A stretch of DNA of 64,000 nt from Nitrospira sp. (GTDB lineage: Bacteria; Nitrospirota; Nitrospiria; Nitrospirales; Nitrospiraceae): NCBI GenBank assembly GCA_047150005.1, contig AP038806.1:1664001-1728000 (forward strand), given 5' to 3'. The notes beneath the pieces were generated by a model, which did not search any database, was not told the DNA's origin, and was given only the letters and a program-made list of their open reading frames with translations. The translations under genes and the position numbers were made by a program. Below, piece by piece: positions 8,817 to 18,998 of the stretch (positions are counted from its first letter, which is position 1; each line of letters begins with the position of its first letter).

Positions 8817-10601
8817 ATGTACCCCTACAGTCTCATCGGCAATTGCCAGACCTCCGCGCTGATCAGCGCCGCCGGCTCCGTGGAATGGATGTGCGCCCCC
8901 CGTCCCGACAGTCCTCCGATCTTCGGCCGGCTTCTCGATCCCGACGGAGGCCATTTCTCGATCATGAGTCCGGCCGGGGCCAAGGAGCCTACCACAAGCC
9001 AGCAGTATCTGCCGAATACCAACATTCTGATCACGACGGTCACCAGCGCCAACGGCGACGCGTTTCAAATCACCGATTTTTGCCCGCGCTTCGAGCAGTA
9101 CGGCCGCATCTATCGTCCCGCCGCGCTGTTCAGGCTGGTCGAACCGCTTCACGGCACACCGGCCATCCGGGTCAGTTGTCAACCGGTGTCCGGGTGGGAC
9201 AAAGTGCCCGTGCCTCCCGTAAGAGGGAACACGCACCTGCGCTACGACATCCGCGGGGAATCCCTTCGGTTGCTGACCAACATGCCGCTGACCTACCTCT
9301 GCGATGAGATCCCGGTTGCGCTGACGCGGAAATTCTATTTCGGCCTGACCTGGGGACTGGGCATCGAGGACGATCTCATCAAGGTCACCCATGACTTCCT
9401 CGAGCAGACGGCCCGCCACTGGCGGACATGGGTCAAGCATTGCTCCGTTCCGTTGCTCCATCAACAGGCGGTCATCCGCTCCGCCTTGGCCTTGAAACTC
9501 CATTGCTTCGAGGATACGGGCGCCATTCTTGCCGCCATGACCACCAGTCTGCCGGAGGAAGCGGGCGGTCCCCGCAATTGGGACTATCGCTATTGCTGGC
9601 TTCGGGACGCCTATTTCGCCCTGACCGCCTTCAACAATCTGGGGCACTTCGAGGAGATGGAAGCCTTCCTGAACTTTCTCCTCAACATCGCCCATACCCA
9701 TGAACATTCCCGTGACCGACTGAGGCCCGTCTATACCCTCAGCCAGGGGCTCCCGCTTCCTGAGATCGAGCATGCCAACTGGGCCGGCTACCGTGGGAGC
9801 ACTCCGGTCCGCAGCCACAATCAGGCCGCCGACCAGATTCAAAACGATGCCTACGGGGAGATGATCCTGACCTTCACGCCGATTTTCTTCGATGAGCGGT
9901 TTTTCGATCTGCGCACCAAGGATCTGGACGGACTCCTGGGTCACCTGGCGCAGCTGTGTGTCCGCGGCATCGGCCAGCGGGACGCAGGCTTGTGGGAAAT
10001 CCGCGGCGGCTGGCAGGAGCATTCCTTTACGAACCTGCTCTGCTGGGCCGGGCTGGAACGTCTCGAGCGTATTCAGCACGCAGGGCACCTCCGTTCGATT
10101 GCCTTGGATTTGACCGCCGCCCGGCTTCAAGCGGCCCAAGCCTTGCTCAAGGGCGTGCAGGAGGGAGCGCTTCGGAACGGTCCGACTGATTCTAGCCACG
10201 ATGCGGCCCTCTCGCAACTCGCCATCTTGGGCTATCCGGATCGCCACCTCTGCGAGTCCACCGTCCTGCACATCGTCGACGACCTGGCCATGAAGCGCGA
10301 CGGTGCGGATACGGGGTTTTTCTACCGGTACGTCCGCAAGGACGACTTCGGAAAACCGGAGTCCGCATTCGTGATCTGTTCCTTTTGGATCGCACAAGCT
10401 CTGGCCCGCCTGGGCCGGCTTGCTGAGGCACGAAGCATTCTGGATCGCGTGCAGGCCGCCGCCAATCACGTCGGGCTATTCTCGGAACACTTCATGCCGG
10501 GGGCGAACATCCAGTCCGGGAACTTTCCTCAAGCCTATTCTCATGTAGGCATGATCAATGCCACCTTTGCCGTCAGCCCCCCTTGGAGCGACGTGCTGTA
10601 G
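8817..10601 (+). CDS. glycoside hydrolase family 15 (glucoamylase/trehalase-like)
   Basis: IGNCQTSALI, TTSLPE...RNWDYRYCWLRD, GLWEIRG, GNFPQAYSH. Confidence 0.9.
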   Translation: MYPYSLIGNCQTSALISAAGSVEWMCAPRPDSPPIFGRLLDPDGGHFSIMSPAGAKEPTTSQQYLPNTNILITTVTSANGDAFQITDFCPRFEQYGRIYRPAALFRLVEPLHGTPAIRVSCQPVSGWDKVPVPPVRGNTHLRYDIRGESLRLLTNMPLTYLCDEIPVALTRKFYFGLTWGLGIEDDLIKVTHDFLEQTARHWRTWVKHCSVPLLHQQAVIRSALALKLHCFEDTGAILAAMTTSLPEEAGGPRNWDYRYCWLRDAYFALTAFNNLGHFEEMEAFLNFLLNIAHTHEHSRDRLRPVYTLSQGLPLPEIEHANWAGYRGSTPVRSHNQAADQIQNDAYGEMILTFTPIFFDERFFDLRTKDLDGLLGHLAQLCVRGIGQRDAGLWEIRGGWQEHSFTNLLCWAGLERLERIQHAGHLRSIALDLTAARLQAAQALLKGVQEGALRNGPTDSSHDAALSQLAILGYPDRHLCESTVLHIVDDLAMKRDGADTGFFYRYVRKDDFGKPESAFVICSFWIAQALARLGRLAEARSILDRVQAAANHVGLFSEHFMPGANIQSGNFPQAYSHVGMINATFAVSPPWSDVL

Positions 10602-10630
10602 GTCCTGAGTGATGAATCAACACGGTTCCT

Positions 10631-11050
10631 TCATTTACGGGCTTCGACGTGGATGGTCGCGGTCGGGCTGATCTCGCCTCTGGGGTTGTCCGCATCGAAC
10701 CACACGTTGAACTGCAGGGTGCCGGATCGCAGCGGACAGAGGCTGGCCGACTCTCCCGGCCCGATCGTGATGGTATCGCCGATTTCCCCGAAGAACGAAC
10801 TCACACCCTTCTGGCACCCCAATTCTTCAAGCAGCCGCCCGTGGAGAAACCCGATTCGCACCGGGGTGGCCCGAAGATTCTCCCAACGGATCTCCTCGCC
10901 GGAGCGGGCATAGACGGTCAACGGCTTCACGATGTCCGAAATGCGGATCGTCCGGACGGCCCCCCGGCTGTCCGACATCGGGGAATGCCCGCAGGCTTGG
11001 AGCGTGCAGCTCGCGACCAGAATGAGAAGACCGACGCGTGCCCGTATCAT
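10631..11050 (-). CDS. putative cupredoxin-fold lipoprotein
   Basis: Signal peptide with LQAC lipobox; P-x-TV-x3-GEEIRWEN and IGPGESASLC-x4-G beta-sandwich pattern; GGAG RBS before ATG 11050 (alternative start 11080). Confidence 0.6.
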   Translation of the reverse strand: MIRARVGLLILVASCTLQACGHSPMSDSRGAVRTIRISDIVKPLTVYARSGEEIRWENLRATPVRIGFLHGRLLEELGCQKGVSSFFGEIGDTITIGPGESASLCPLRSGTLQFNVWFDADNPRGEISPTATIHVEARK

Positions 11051-11145
11051 TGTCAATACTCCCTCTCGTGTGAATTGCATAACGATGTTCCGGCGGATGT
11101 GTGTCGTTCCTCTCGGGACGGCTCGGCTTGCGCGTATCCGACCGG

Positions 11146-11502
11146 TCAGCGAAGCGGAGGATGAAACAGCGTGAGCGTGGGTACCGGCAGGTGCGAGGAC
11201 GACAACGTGTCCGGAGCCGCCACGATGACGGCAACGGGTGGAGGCTGAGCGGCGGTCGTCAGAATGGAAAATCCTTCCAAGATGGACGTGCTCAGGAGAT
11301 CGGAGGACGACGCCGGGGTCAGCAATGTGCCGGAGACCTCGAGCATCTGGATGATAATGCACAGACAGAGACATAGGACCGTCGCTCGAGCGCCCCGCCG
11401 CAGCTTGCCGAAGCGCTGTCGATCGGCAACCCCGCCCGGAAGGCTGACCTCGGTCTGCGTCGAGCCAGAGACCCCGCCTTTCTGATTTCGCTCATGAATC
11501 AT
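11146..11502 (-). CDS. small ORF with hydrophobic CxC segment and C-terminal LFHPP (DUF2946/arrest-peptide-like leader)
   Basis: VLCLCLCIIIQML...ILEGFSI...TLFHPPLR*; ATG overlaps the ompA stop (ATGA); start uncertain. Confidence 0.5.
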   Translation of the reverse strand: MIHERNQKGGVSGSTQTEVSLPGGVADRQRFGKLRRGARATVLCLCLCIIIQMLEVSGTLLTPASSSDLLSTSILEGFSILTTAAQPPPVAVIVAAPDTLSSSHLPVPTLTLFHPPLR

Positions 11503-12158
11503 TGCACGGTGAAATGCGCGCGGCGGTTCTGTTGCCAGCAGCGTTCTTCGTGTTGATGACACAACGGGCGTATCTCTCCATAGCTGACGATCTTCAACTT
11601 CGCGGCCGGTATGCCGAGATCTTCGAGATAATGTTTTGTCGACTTGGCGCGCTTTTCCCCCAGGATAAGATTGTAGGCCTGCGTTCCGCGTTCATCGCAA
11701 TGCCCTTCGATCACGACGGATTTACCAGAAAGATCGTTGATAACCAGCGCGTTCGTATCCAGCACGGAACGGGCGTCGGTTCTGATCGTATAGCGATCCA
11801 AGTCGAACAAGATGTCGGTCAGGACGGGTTCGGTCTCCAACGCCGCAGCGCCCGCCTGCGATTTCGGCTGTGCGACGGCCCGGTGCGGCCCTGAATCGGG
11901 AGCCGACTGTTCACGGCCGGACGCGGCGACCGAGGAACTGCCGACGGGATGAGGCGGGGCCGGAGCCGGCTGGTGGTCGGGGAACGTCACGATCTTATCC
12001 GGCACGATGGTCTCGACCGGGGCCGCTTTGGCGGCGGCTGGCGATTGTTGTTCGCCGGCGGAGGAGACGGCACGCTTGGCGCATCCGACAGTCGCGCCGA
12101 GTGTGCCGATACACAGGCATGCCAGAGCAAGCTTGAGTGTCCACGATTGATTCAGCAT
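11499..12158 (-). CDS. OmpA/Pal-family peptidoglycan-associated lipoprotein
   Basis: Lipobox TVGC; ILFDLDRY, IEGHCDERGT-x2-YNL-x-LGEKRA, SYGE, QQNRRAHF. Confidence 0.88.
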   Translation of the reverse strand: MLNQSWTLKLALACLCIGTLGATVGCAKRAVSSAGEQQSPAAAKAAPVETIVPDKIVTFPDHQPAPAPPHPVGSSSVAASGREQSAPDSGPHRAVAQPKSQAGAAALETEPVLTDILFDLDRYTIRTDARSVLDTNALVINDLSGKSVVIEGHCDERGTQAYNLILGEKRAKSTKHYLEDLGIPAAKLKIVSYGEIRPLCHQHEERCWQQNRRAHFTVQ

Positions 12159-12298
12159 CGTTCACCCATAGTAGATGGAAGCGAGAGATGGTCCTTCGTC
12201 TAAGCTCACTTAAATAACATGAGACAGGAGGACTTGGCAAAGCTTCGCCACGAGAGTTCGCCAGGCGGCACGTGGGCTCGGCATGGATTCTCAGACGA

Positions 12299-12339
12299 GA
12301 CAGGTTGTCCCGGCCGGTCGGCCAAACGGACAACCTGTC
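12299..12339. promoter_or_regulatory. two GACA-N3-TGTC boxes forming a perfect inverted repeat
   Basis: GACAGGTTGTCC (12299) ... GGACAACCTGTC (12328-12339) between divergent ompA and NarL genes. Confidence 0.6.
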
Positions 12340-12761
12340 CCGCTTGCAGGCTCTATCCGGGGTGATTGGACCTTCCCGGAAATCGGTCGTCGATCGAGGG
12401 TTTTCATCCCGGCCTCCTGGGGCGCCCCTAGCCCACATTATTCATGACCGCTTCTACTGCAACCGCCCATACGCCGCTGCGACGAGCCTGGCCGCGAGCT
12501 TCGCGCGGCCGGCGGGCAGGCTCGCCCCACGCGGCCTCAACGTACTGCACGAGTACGTCTCGGCCGCGCGGGACTCCGCGTGCCCGTCTCGCTTGGCGTC
12601 TCGGCGGTTTCGTCACGAACCGTCATGAATAAGGCGGGCTAGTGCTGTTTGCCGGTCCGCAACAGGGGGGCTTTCGCGAGGTCCTTGAGTCCCACCAGGG
12701 ACTCTGGGTACACTTCTTCCATATCCGGCAGATCGATTCCACCTGTTGCAGCGAGGCTATC

Positions 12762-13427
12762 ATGGCGGAACCCTATCGCATCCTCTTGGCCGACGATCAC
12801 GTGTTGGTCGCCGAGGGAATTCAGAAGCTGCTCGAGCCGGAATTCCAATTGGTCGGCATCGTCGCAGACGGACGCGCGCTCGTCGCGGAGGCCGCGAAGC
12901 TGCAGCCGGACATCGTCGTGGTCGACATTTCGTTGCCGCTGTTGAACGGCCTCGACGCGTCGGTGCAGCTCAAGAAACACCAGCCCGATCTCAAGATCAT
13001 CGTGCTCACCATGCATTCGGAGCAAAACTTCGTCACTCAGGCGTTTCGAGTGGGCGCGTCCGGCTATGTACTCAAACAGTCCGTCGGATCGGAATTGGTC
13101 CAAGCGATTCGCGAGGTCGTGAAGGGACGGACGTTCGTGTCGCCGATGGTGGCGCAGAGTCTGGTCGACCAGGCGGTAAACAAGTCCTCTGCGGCGACGT
13201 CTGTCGATGCGGATCGGGCCTTCGCACCGACCCTAAGTTCACGTCAGCGTGAGGTCTTGCAGCTTGTTGCGGAAGGAAAGGCGACCAAAGAAATCGCGTC
13301 CATCCTCAACGTGTCGGTGAAGACGGTCGAATTCCACAAGACCAGGATCATGAAGGAGTTGCGCTTGCGGACTGCGGCCGAGTTGACAAAATATGCCATT
13401 GCGGCGGGACTGACGAGCATACACTGA
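12762..13427 (+). CDS. NarL/LuxR-family response regulator
   Basis: ILLADDH, DISLP, LTMH; LuxR HTH LSSRQREVLQLVAEG...SVKTVEFHK. Confidence 0.92.
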   Translation: MAEPYRILLADDHVLVAEGIQKLLEPEFQLVGIVADGRALVAEAAKLQPDIVVVDISLPLLNGLDASVQLKKHQPDLKIIVLTMHSEQNFVTQAFRVGASGYVLKQSVGSELVQAIREVVKGRTFVSPMVAQSLVDQAVNKSSAATSVDADRAFAPTLSSRQREVLQLVAEGKATKEIASILNVSVKTVEFHKTRIMKELRLRTAAELTKYAIAAGLTSIH

Positions 13428-13429
13428 AC

Positions 13430-13515
13430 AAAGTGCTGAGTGCTGGGTTCTGAGTGCTGAGTTAGTGAGCGAGGTCCGAGCTACCCAGGACTCAGCACTG
13501 AGGACTGAGCACTTT
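13430..13515. repeat. heptamer tandem-repeat hairpin between convergent NarL genes (probable terminator/REP-like element)
   Basis: (TGAGTGC/TGGGTTC)n arm at 13430-13465 and inverted (CAGGACT/CAGCACT)n arm at 13481-13515. Confidence 0.75.
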
Positions 13516-13521
13516 CCTTCT

Positions 13522-14169
13522 TTAGAGAGTCGTGATCCCCTGGGCGAGCGCGAACTTGATGAGATCGGATGTTGTATGCACTCCGAGTTTCCGAGTGATG
13601 TTGGCTTTGTGAAATTCCACGGTTTTCATCGAAATCTTCAGCTCTTGGGCGATCAGCTTCGTGGATCGGCCGTCGGCCAGGAGCACCAGGATCTCTCGTT
13701 GGCGGGCGGTCAGATCGCTTGAAAAGCCCTCCGGCCTGAACCATTCGTGCTCCATCGCCTCACGGACCTCCGGATCGATCTTCGACGAGAGAAACCGTTT
13801 GTTGGCCAGGACGCTGTCGATGGCCGCACGCAGCTCATCCGAGGCCGATTGTTTGAGGACGTAACCGGTGGCGCCGGCTCGGAACGCTTCACTGATCGAG
13901 ACGGCTTCGGTGAGCATCGTGACCAGCACGATCTTGACCGACGGCAACAACTTCTTGAGTTGCTTGGTCGCGGCGAACCCGCTCATGCCCGGCATGCAGG
14001 CGTCGAGGAGGATGACGTCCGGCCGGCACTCCACGGCCTTGCCGATAATGTCCCCCGCGTCCTGCACGGTTCCGACGATGGTGAAATGGGACTCAAGGAG
14101 TTGGCGGATGCTTTCCAGGACGAGCGGATGATCATCGACCAAGAGGACTCTCGCCGTTTTCATGGGCAT
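13522..14169 (-). CDS. NarL/LuxR-family response regulator
   Basis: VLLVDDH, DACMP; HTH LTARQREILVLLADG...SMKTVEFHK; paralog of 12762-13427. Confidence 0.92.
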   Translation of the reverse strand: MPMKTARVLLVDDHPLVLESIRQLLESHFTIVGTVQDAGDIIGKAVECRPDVILLDACMPGMSGFAATKQLKKLLPSVKIVLVTMLTEAVSISEAFRAGATGYVLKQSASDELRAAIDSVLANKRFLSSKIDPEVREAMEHEWFRPEGFSSDLTARQREILVLLADGRSTKLIAQELKISMKTVEFHKANITRKLGVHTTSDLIKFALAQGITTL

Positions 14170-14302
14170 AGCGCTCGCCCCTCCCGATTCGGTGGGCGGT
14201 CTTTCCCGCATACCCCCATCATCGTACAGGTCTTCCGGCCGTTTCAAGACGGGTCCTCCGCAAGCGTAAAGAAATTATCCCCTACGTGACTGCCTGCAGA
14301 AA

Positions 14303-14347
14303 CTAGGCCTCTCCCTAGTTCTTCCGGGAACCTGGGGAAATTCCGAG
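14303..14347. promoter_or_regulatory. two 16-bp CTRGGG-N4-CCYYAG boxes between the NarL gene and glgX
   Basis: CTAGGCCTCTCCCTAG (14303-14318) and CTGGGGAAATTCCGAG (14332-14347). Confidence 0.6.
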
Positions 14348-14488
14348 TGCCGTGCCATGACCTCCCGGAGTACGGTGACTCAATAGGGATGGAATGGGAC
14401 GACTAGATGGAACGGGAGGGTATCGTCTCCGAGAACTGTATCTCGAGTCCACGGAAACGGAGCAGTTCGCGGTACGAGGAGAACGTGC

Positions 14489-16657
14489 ATGACAAGAATC
14501 ACCGTGCGACCGGGTCATCCCTATCCACTCGGAGCGACCTGGGACGGTGAAGGCGTCAATTTCGCGCTGTTTTCCGAGAACGCCACCGGAGTCGATCTCT
14601 GCTTGTTCGACCGACCCGACCAGGAGAAGGAAACCCACATCATCCGCCTGGAAGAACGCACGAACCAGGTCTGGCACGTCTTTCTTCCTGAGGCCAGGCC
14701 GGGCCAGCTGTACGGCTACCGAGTCCATGGTCCGTACGAGCCGCTGGCCGGGCACCGATTCAATCCGAACAAGCTGTTGATCGATCCTTATGCCAAGGCG
14801 CTGAACGGCGCGCTGCAGTGGTCCGATTCGATGTTCGGCTATCGGATCGGCGACACGGACGCGGACCTGTCTTTCGATGCGCGAAACAACGCGTCGCAGG
14901 TTCCGAAATCCGTGGTGATCGAAGAGGCCTTCACCTGGGGAGGCGACGCGCCGCTTCGTCGTCCCTGGAGCGAAACGGTGATTTATGAGATGCATGTCAA
15001 GGGATTCACGATGCGGCATCCCCTCATCCACGAGGCGTTGCGCGGCACGTATGCGGGACTGGCCACGAGACCCGTGATCGAATATTTGCAGCGCCTGGGC
15101 GTCACGGCCATCGAACTCCTGCCGGTGCACGCGTTCGTGGCGGACAAGCATCTGGGCGACAAGGGGCTGACCAACTATTGGGGGTACAACACGATCGGCT
15201 ACTTCGCCCCCGACCTGCGGTACGCCGCCCAGCCGGAGCTCGGAGTGAACCAATTCAAGACCATGGTCAAGACCCTTCATAGCGCCGGCATCGAAGTGAT
15301 CCTCGATGTGGTGTACAACCACACGGCCGAGGGCAACCAACTCGGCCCCACCCTCTCCTTCCGTGGCATCGACAATGCGGCCTATTACCGGCTGGTCCCG
15401 GACCAGCCCCGCTATTATATGGACTATACGGGCACCGGAAACACGCTCAACGTGCGTCACCAGCGGACGCTGCAATTGATCATGGACAGCCTCCGGTATT
15501 GGACGCTGGAGATGCATGTGGATGGATTCCGCTTCGACCTCGCCTCCACGCTGGCCCGGGAGCTTCACGACGTCGACCGGCTCGGCGGCTTCTTCGACAT
15601 CATCCACCAGGATCCTGTGCTTTCGCAGGTGAAGTTGATCGCCGAGCCCTGGGACATCGGGGAAGGCGGCTACCAGGTCGGGAATTTTCCCGCCGGGTGG
15701 GCCGAATGGAACGGCAAGTACCGCGATTCCATCCGGCGCTACTGGAAGGGCGATGGGGGGCAGGTCAGTGAACTCGGCTACCGGCTGTCCGGCAGCAGCG
15801 ATCTGTACGAGGCCAGCGGACGGCGCCCATTCGCCAGCATCAATTTCGTGGTGGCCCATGACGGGTTCACACTGCACGACCTGGTGTCGTACAACCACAA
15901 GCACAATGACGCCAATCTCGAAGGCAATGCGGACGGGTCGGACGAGAACCAGAGCTGGAATTGCGGGGCCGAAGGCCCCTCCGACGATCCCGCCGTCCGC
16001 GAGCTGCGGGTCCGTCAGCAGCGCAACATGCTGGCGACTCTCTTGCTGTCGCAGGGCGTTCCGATGCTGTGCGGGGGCGACGAAATCGGGCGGACCCAGA
16101 ACGGCAACAACAACGCCTACTGTCAGGACAACGAGATCGGGTGGTTGAATTGGGAAGTATCCAACGAAGATCAGGCGCTGTTTGCGTTCACCAGCGCACT
16201 GATCATGCTGCGGGCCGCGCATCCCGTCTTCCGGCGACGCCAGTTCTTCCAGGGGCGGAGCATCTACGGCGCCGACATTAAGGATCTATCCTGGTTTCGA
16301 CCGGACGGCGAGGAAATGACGGAAGCGGATTGGCAGCAGGGATACGTCCGCTGCCTCGGCGTGCGCCTGGCTGGAGATCGCATCGAGGAAAAGGACCATC
16401 TAGGCAACGCCATCCACGACGACACGTTCCTGATTCTTATGAACGCGCACCACGAACCCATTTCGTTCATGCTGCCTCCCCATCCGGCGAACGACCGCTG
16501 GCAGTTGGTGGTCGATACCACGCAGGAACTCATTCCCGCGCGAGCCCCCCTCGTCACGGAGGGCACGCACTACGACTTAAAAGGCCGTTCCCTGGCCGTG
16601 ATGCAGATCAGCACCGCCCTGCCGATCAAGCATCCGGCCCGGTCGTCGCCACTCTGA
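14489..16657 (+). CDS. glgX: glycogen debranching enzyme (isoamylase, GH13)
   Basis: [56 protein letters not shown]. Confidence 0.95.
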   Translation: MTRITVRPGHPYPLGATWDGEGVNFALFSENATGVDLCLFDRPDQEKETHIIRLEERTNQVWHVFLPEARPGQLYGYRVHGPYEPLAGHRFNPNKLLIDPYAKALNGALQWSDSMFGYRIGDTDADLSFDARNNASQVPKSVVIEEAFTWGGDAPLRRPWSETVIYEMHVKGFTMRHPLIHEALRGTYAGLATRPVIEYLQRLGVTAIELLPVHAFVADKHLGDKGLTNYWGYNTIGYFAPDLRYAAQPELGVNQFKTMVKTLHSAGIEVILDVVYNHTAEGNQLGPTLSFRGIDNAAYYRLVPDQPRYYMDYTGTGNTLNVRHQRTLQLIMDSLRYWTLEMHVDGFRFDLASTLARELHDVDRLGGFFDIIHQDPVLSQVKLIAEPWDIGEGGYQVGNFPAGWAEWNGKYRDSIRRYWKGDGGQVSELGYRLSGSSDLYEASGRRPFASINFVVAHDGFTLHDLVSYNHKHNDANLEGNADGSDENQSWNCGAEGPSDDPAVRELRVRQQRNMLATLLLSQGVPMLCGGDEIGRTQNGNNNAYCQDNEIGWLNWEVSNEDQALFAFTSALIMLRAAHPVFRRRQFFQGRSIYGADIKDLSWFRPDGEEMTEADWQQGYVRCLGVRLAGDRIEEKDHLGNAIHDDTFLILMNAHHEPISFMLPPHPANDRWQLVVDTTQELIPARAPLVTEGTHYDLKGRSLAVMQISTALPIKHPARSSPL

Positions 16658-16953
16658 CCGTGCACCATGTCGATCCTCCCGCCTCAGCGACGCAGCTGTC
16701 GCGTACCGTTCGAATCAAGAGAGTTACCTAGATAATTGCTCGTGGTAGCCAGGGGGTTTGCCCAGCGTGGACTATCTTAATGGCAGACGGTATGGTGAAC
16801 GGAAGGATGAGATTTCCGGATGGGCGGATAAAATGGTATCAGGGCAACAAGCCGGATCAGGTAGGAAAGGAGCCCGTTCGTTAGAAGGATGGGGGAGGGC
16901 CTAGGGCGGGTCTTTCCTTGAAGGGAGTAGGGGAACACGTGGGCGAAGCGGGC

Positions 16954-18057
16954 ATGGGGGGCAAGGGCGCACAGTGTCGGCGGATCCTCAGCCTGGCACT
17001 GTGTTGCTGGTTGTGGCTGGGAGGAAGCCAGGCTCTCGCATCGGATGAATATATCGCCGGCTATGCATCGGCGATGCTCGAGCATGAGTTCCGAGTGACG
17101 GATGCGGTCGTCGAGGTCCGGAATGGCGAGGTCGTCGTCACCGCCAGGAAGCTGGGCAATGTGGACCGTGACAAGATCGAGTCCTCACTGCGCCAGATTC
17201 CCGGCGTGACTCGGGTCACCCTCCGCACGGGCGATCCGGCCTCGATCCCTCCGAACCCGGAGGGTGCCCAGGTCACGATTCCCGAATCGCATACTAAATG
17301 GCTTCCCCGCGGCCTATTGTTTGCCCCCCTCCATGCCGACCCCCGATGGCCACATTTCAGCGCCAGCTATCGACAGTATGCCCAGGGTCTGAACCTGTCC
17401 GAAGTATTCGCCGCCAGTTTCGGCGAAACCTTCGCGATCTATCGGAATCGATCATTGTTCGGCGGCGAGTGGGATGTCGGCATTCAAGCCGGCGTGTTCA
17501 GTATTTTCGACATCAGCTCGGCCTCCATCGATCTGGTCAATGCCGATTACCGTGTGGGATTGTTGAGCAGCTATCGAAACGGCCGATTCTCCCTCATGGG
17601 GCGGATTCAGCACCAGAGCTCGCATTTGGGCGACGAATTCCTGCTGAACAATCCCGGCGTCACGCGGGTCAACTTGAGCTACGAAGAATTGGACACGAAA
17701 CTCTCGTACGAGATCTTCGACTGGCTGCGGGTGTACGGGGGCGGCGGCGTCATGGTCCACCGCCAGCCGGACGATCTCGGCCTCGCCACGACCCAATGGG
17801 GAGTCGAGCTGGTTTCGACCCGCACGTTTCTGGACGGAGTGCTTCGTCCTGTCGCCTATGGCGATTTTCAGTGCAACCAAATGAACAACTGGGGCGTCGG
17901 GCAATCCATCATGGCCGGCGTGCAATTTGAAAACGCCCGCATTGGAGACCGCCGAATCCAGGTCCTCGGCGAGTACTATGCCGGTCCCTCCCCCAACGGA
18001 CAATTCTATACAGAGCATGTCTCCTGGTACGGCATCGGGGTCCATCTGTACTTCTGA
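16954..18057 (+). CDS. DUF1207-like exported/outer-membrane protein
   Basis: Signal peptide; LFAPLHADPRWPHFS, LVNADYRVG, HQSSHLGDE; ends in aromatic F (beta-barrel signature); start uncertain (16918/16939/16954). Confidence 0.7.
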   Translation: MGGKGAQCRRILSLALCCWLWLGGSQALASDEYIAGYASAMLEHEFRVTDAVVEVRNGEVVVTARKLGNVDRDKIESSLRQIPGVTRVTLRTGDPASIPPNPEGAQVTIPESHTKWLPRGLLFAPLHADPRWPHFSASYRQYAQGLNLSEVFAASFGETFAIYRNRSLFGGEWDVGIQAGVFSIFDISSASIDLVNADYRVGLLSSYRNGRFSLMGRIQHQSSHLGDEFLLNNPGVTRVNLSYEELDTKLSYEIFDWLRVYGGGGVMVHRQPDDLGLATTQWGVELVSTRTFLDGVLRPVAYGDFQCNQMNNWGVGQSIMAGVQFENARIGDRRIQVLGEYYAGPSPNGQFYTEHVSWYGIGVHLYF

Positions 18058-18073
18058 CGCTGTACTTCTGACG
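18046..18073. repeat. perfect 14-bp tandem duplication over the stop codon
   Basis: CTGTACTTCTGACG x2. Confidence 0.85.
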
Positions 18074-18121
18074 GAACCGCGATGAGCCCGAACGGACAGC
18101 CGGGGGCTCCAGCCGGATAAT

Positions 18122-18137
18122 CTGGGAGTTTCACCAG
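18122..18137. promoter_or_regulatory. 16-bp palindromic box upstream of the DUF1328 gene
   Basis: CTGGGAGTTTCACCAG. Confidence 0.5.
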
Positions 18138-18331
18138 TTATTTGTGACACCGAGGCGGGCTAGCCTGGACACATGCAGGTGAAAGCGGTCCTGCAACAGG
18201 GTGCACTGTACTTGTCCATTTCGCCTGATTGGGAATTCAGGCAGAGGTGCCCCTCGGACTCGGCTATGGGGCTAGAGAGGAGGCACGTGCATGCAAGATG
18301 GAGCCATGAAGGTTCGACGAAAGGAGTCGTT

Positions 18332-18499
18332 ATGCTGAGCTGGGCGGTTACATTCTTTATTGTTGCGATCATTGCCGGGTTGCTTGGGTTGAGCGGCATC
18401 GCCGGGACAGCCACGCAAATCGCCTATGTCCTGTTCGTCGTCTTTGTCATTTTTGCAGCCGTGAGTTTTGTGATGGGGCGGCGGCCTCCGGTGACATAG
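18332..18499 (+). CDS. DUF1328 (YtjA/UPF0391) small membrane protein
   Basis: [47 protein letters not shown]. Confidence 0.9.
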   Translation: MLSWAVTFFIVAIIAGLLGLSGIAGTATQIAYVLFVVFVIFAAVSFVMGRRPPVT

Positions 18500-18548
18500 C
18501 CGCTTCGGATCTCGTGACAACGAAGCCATTGAGGATCGGAGGCAAATC

Positions 18549-18974
18549 ATGTCTATGACGAAACGCGTGCGGAGACTAATCACGGCCGTTCCAGGCTCTG
18601 GTCGAGCCTTGGTGACCGGCGTGTCTTGTGGAATACTGTGCGGACTTGCAGTCTGGCTACAGCCTGCGATCGCCTCAGCCGCCACATCGGCGCAGGATCC
18701 GAAGCATTTTGTCCTCGACGTGATCACGATCTCCGGGGAGGAATTCGTGGTCAAGGACGAAGCGGGAACCGAAGCCAAGATTCATGTGGGGACGGATACG
18801 GAGAAGTTCGGGCATGTCCAGCCGGGAGACCGGATCGATGCCTGGGTCTTGCCGAATGGTCATGCGAAAACCATTATGATTCTTCGCAGTGCGGCGTTCA
18901 TGCGATCCGAGCAAGACCGCGGGCAAGGGCAAGGGATCGCCCCCGAACCTGGTACGGGGTCTGTGCCGCGCTGA
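18549..18974 (+). CDS. secreted small beta-rich (OB-fold-like) protein
   Basis: Signal peptide (ASAA); ISGEEFVVKDEAG...VQPGDRIDAWV...GHAK; GGAGG RBS. Confidence 0.65.
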   Translation: MSMTKRVRRLITAVPGSGRALVTGVSCGILCGLAVWLQPAIASAATSAQDPKHFVLDVITISGEEFVVKDEAGTEAKIHVGTDTEKFGHVQPGDRIDAWVLPNGHAKTIMILRSAAFMRSEQDRGQGQGIAPEPGTGSVPR

Positions 18975-18998
18975 GCGTCCGCCCCGTGGCGTACGGTC

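Noticed and set aside
12234..12252. TGGCGAAGCTTTGC as a sigma54 promoter for ompA
   Set aside because: GG-to-GC spacing is 9, not the strict 10
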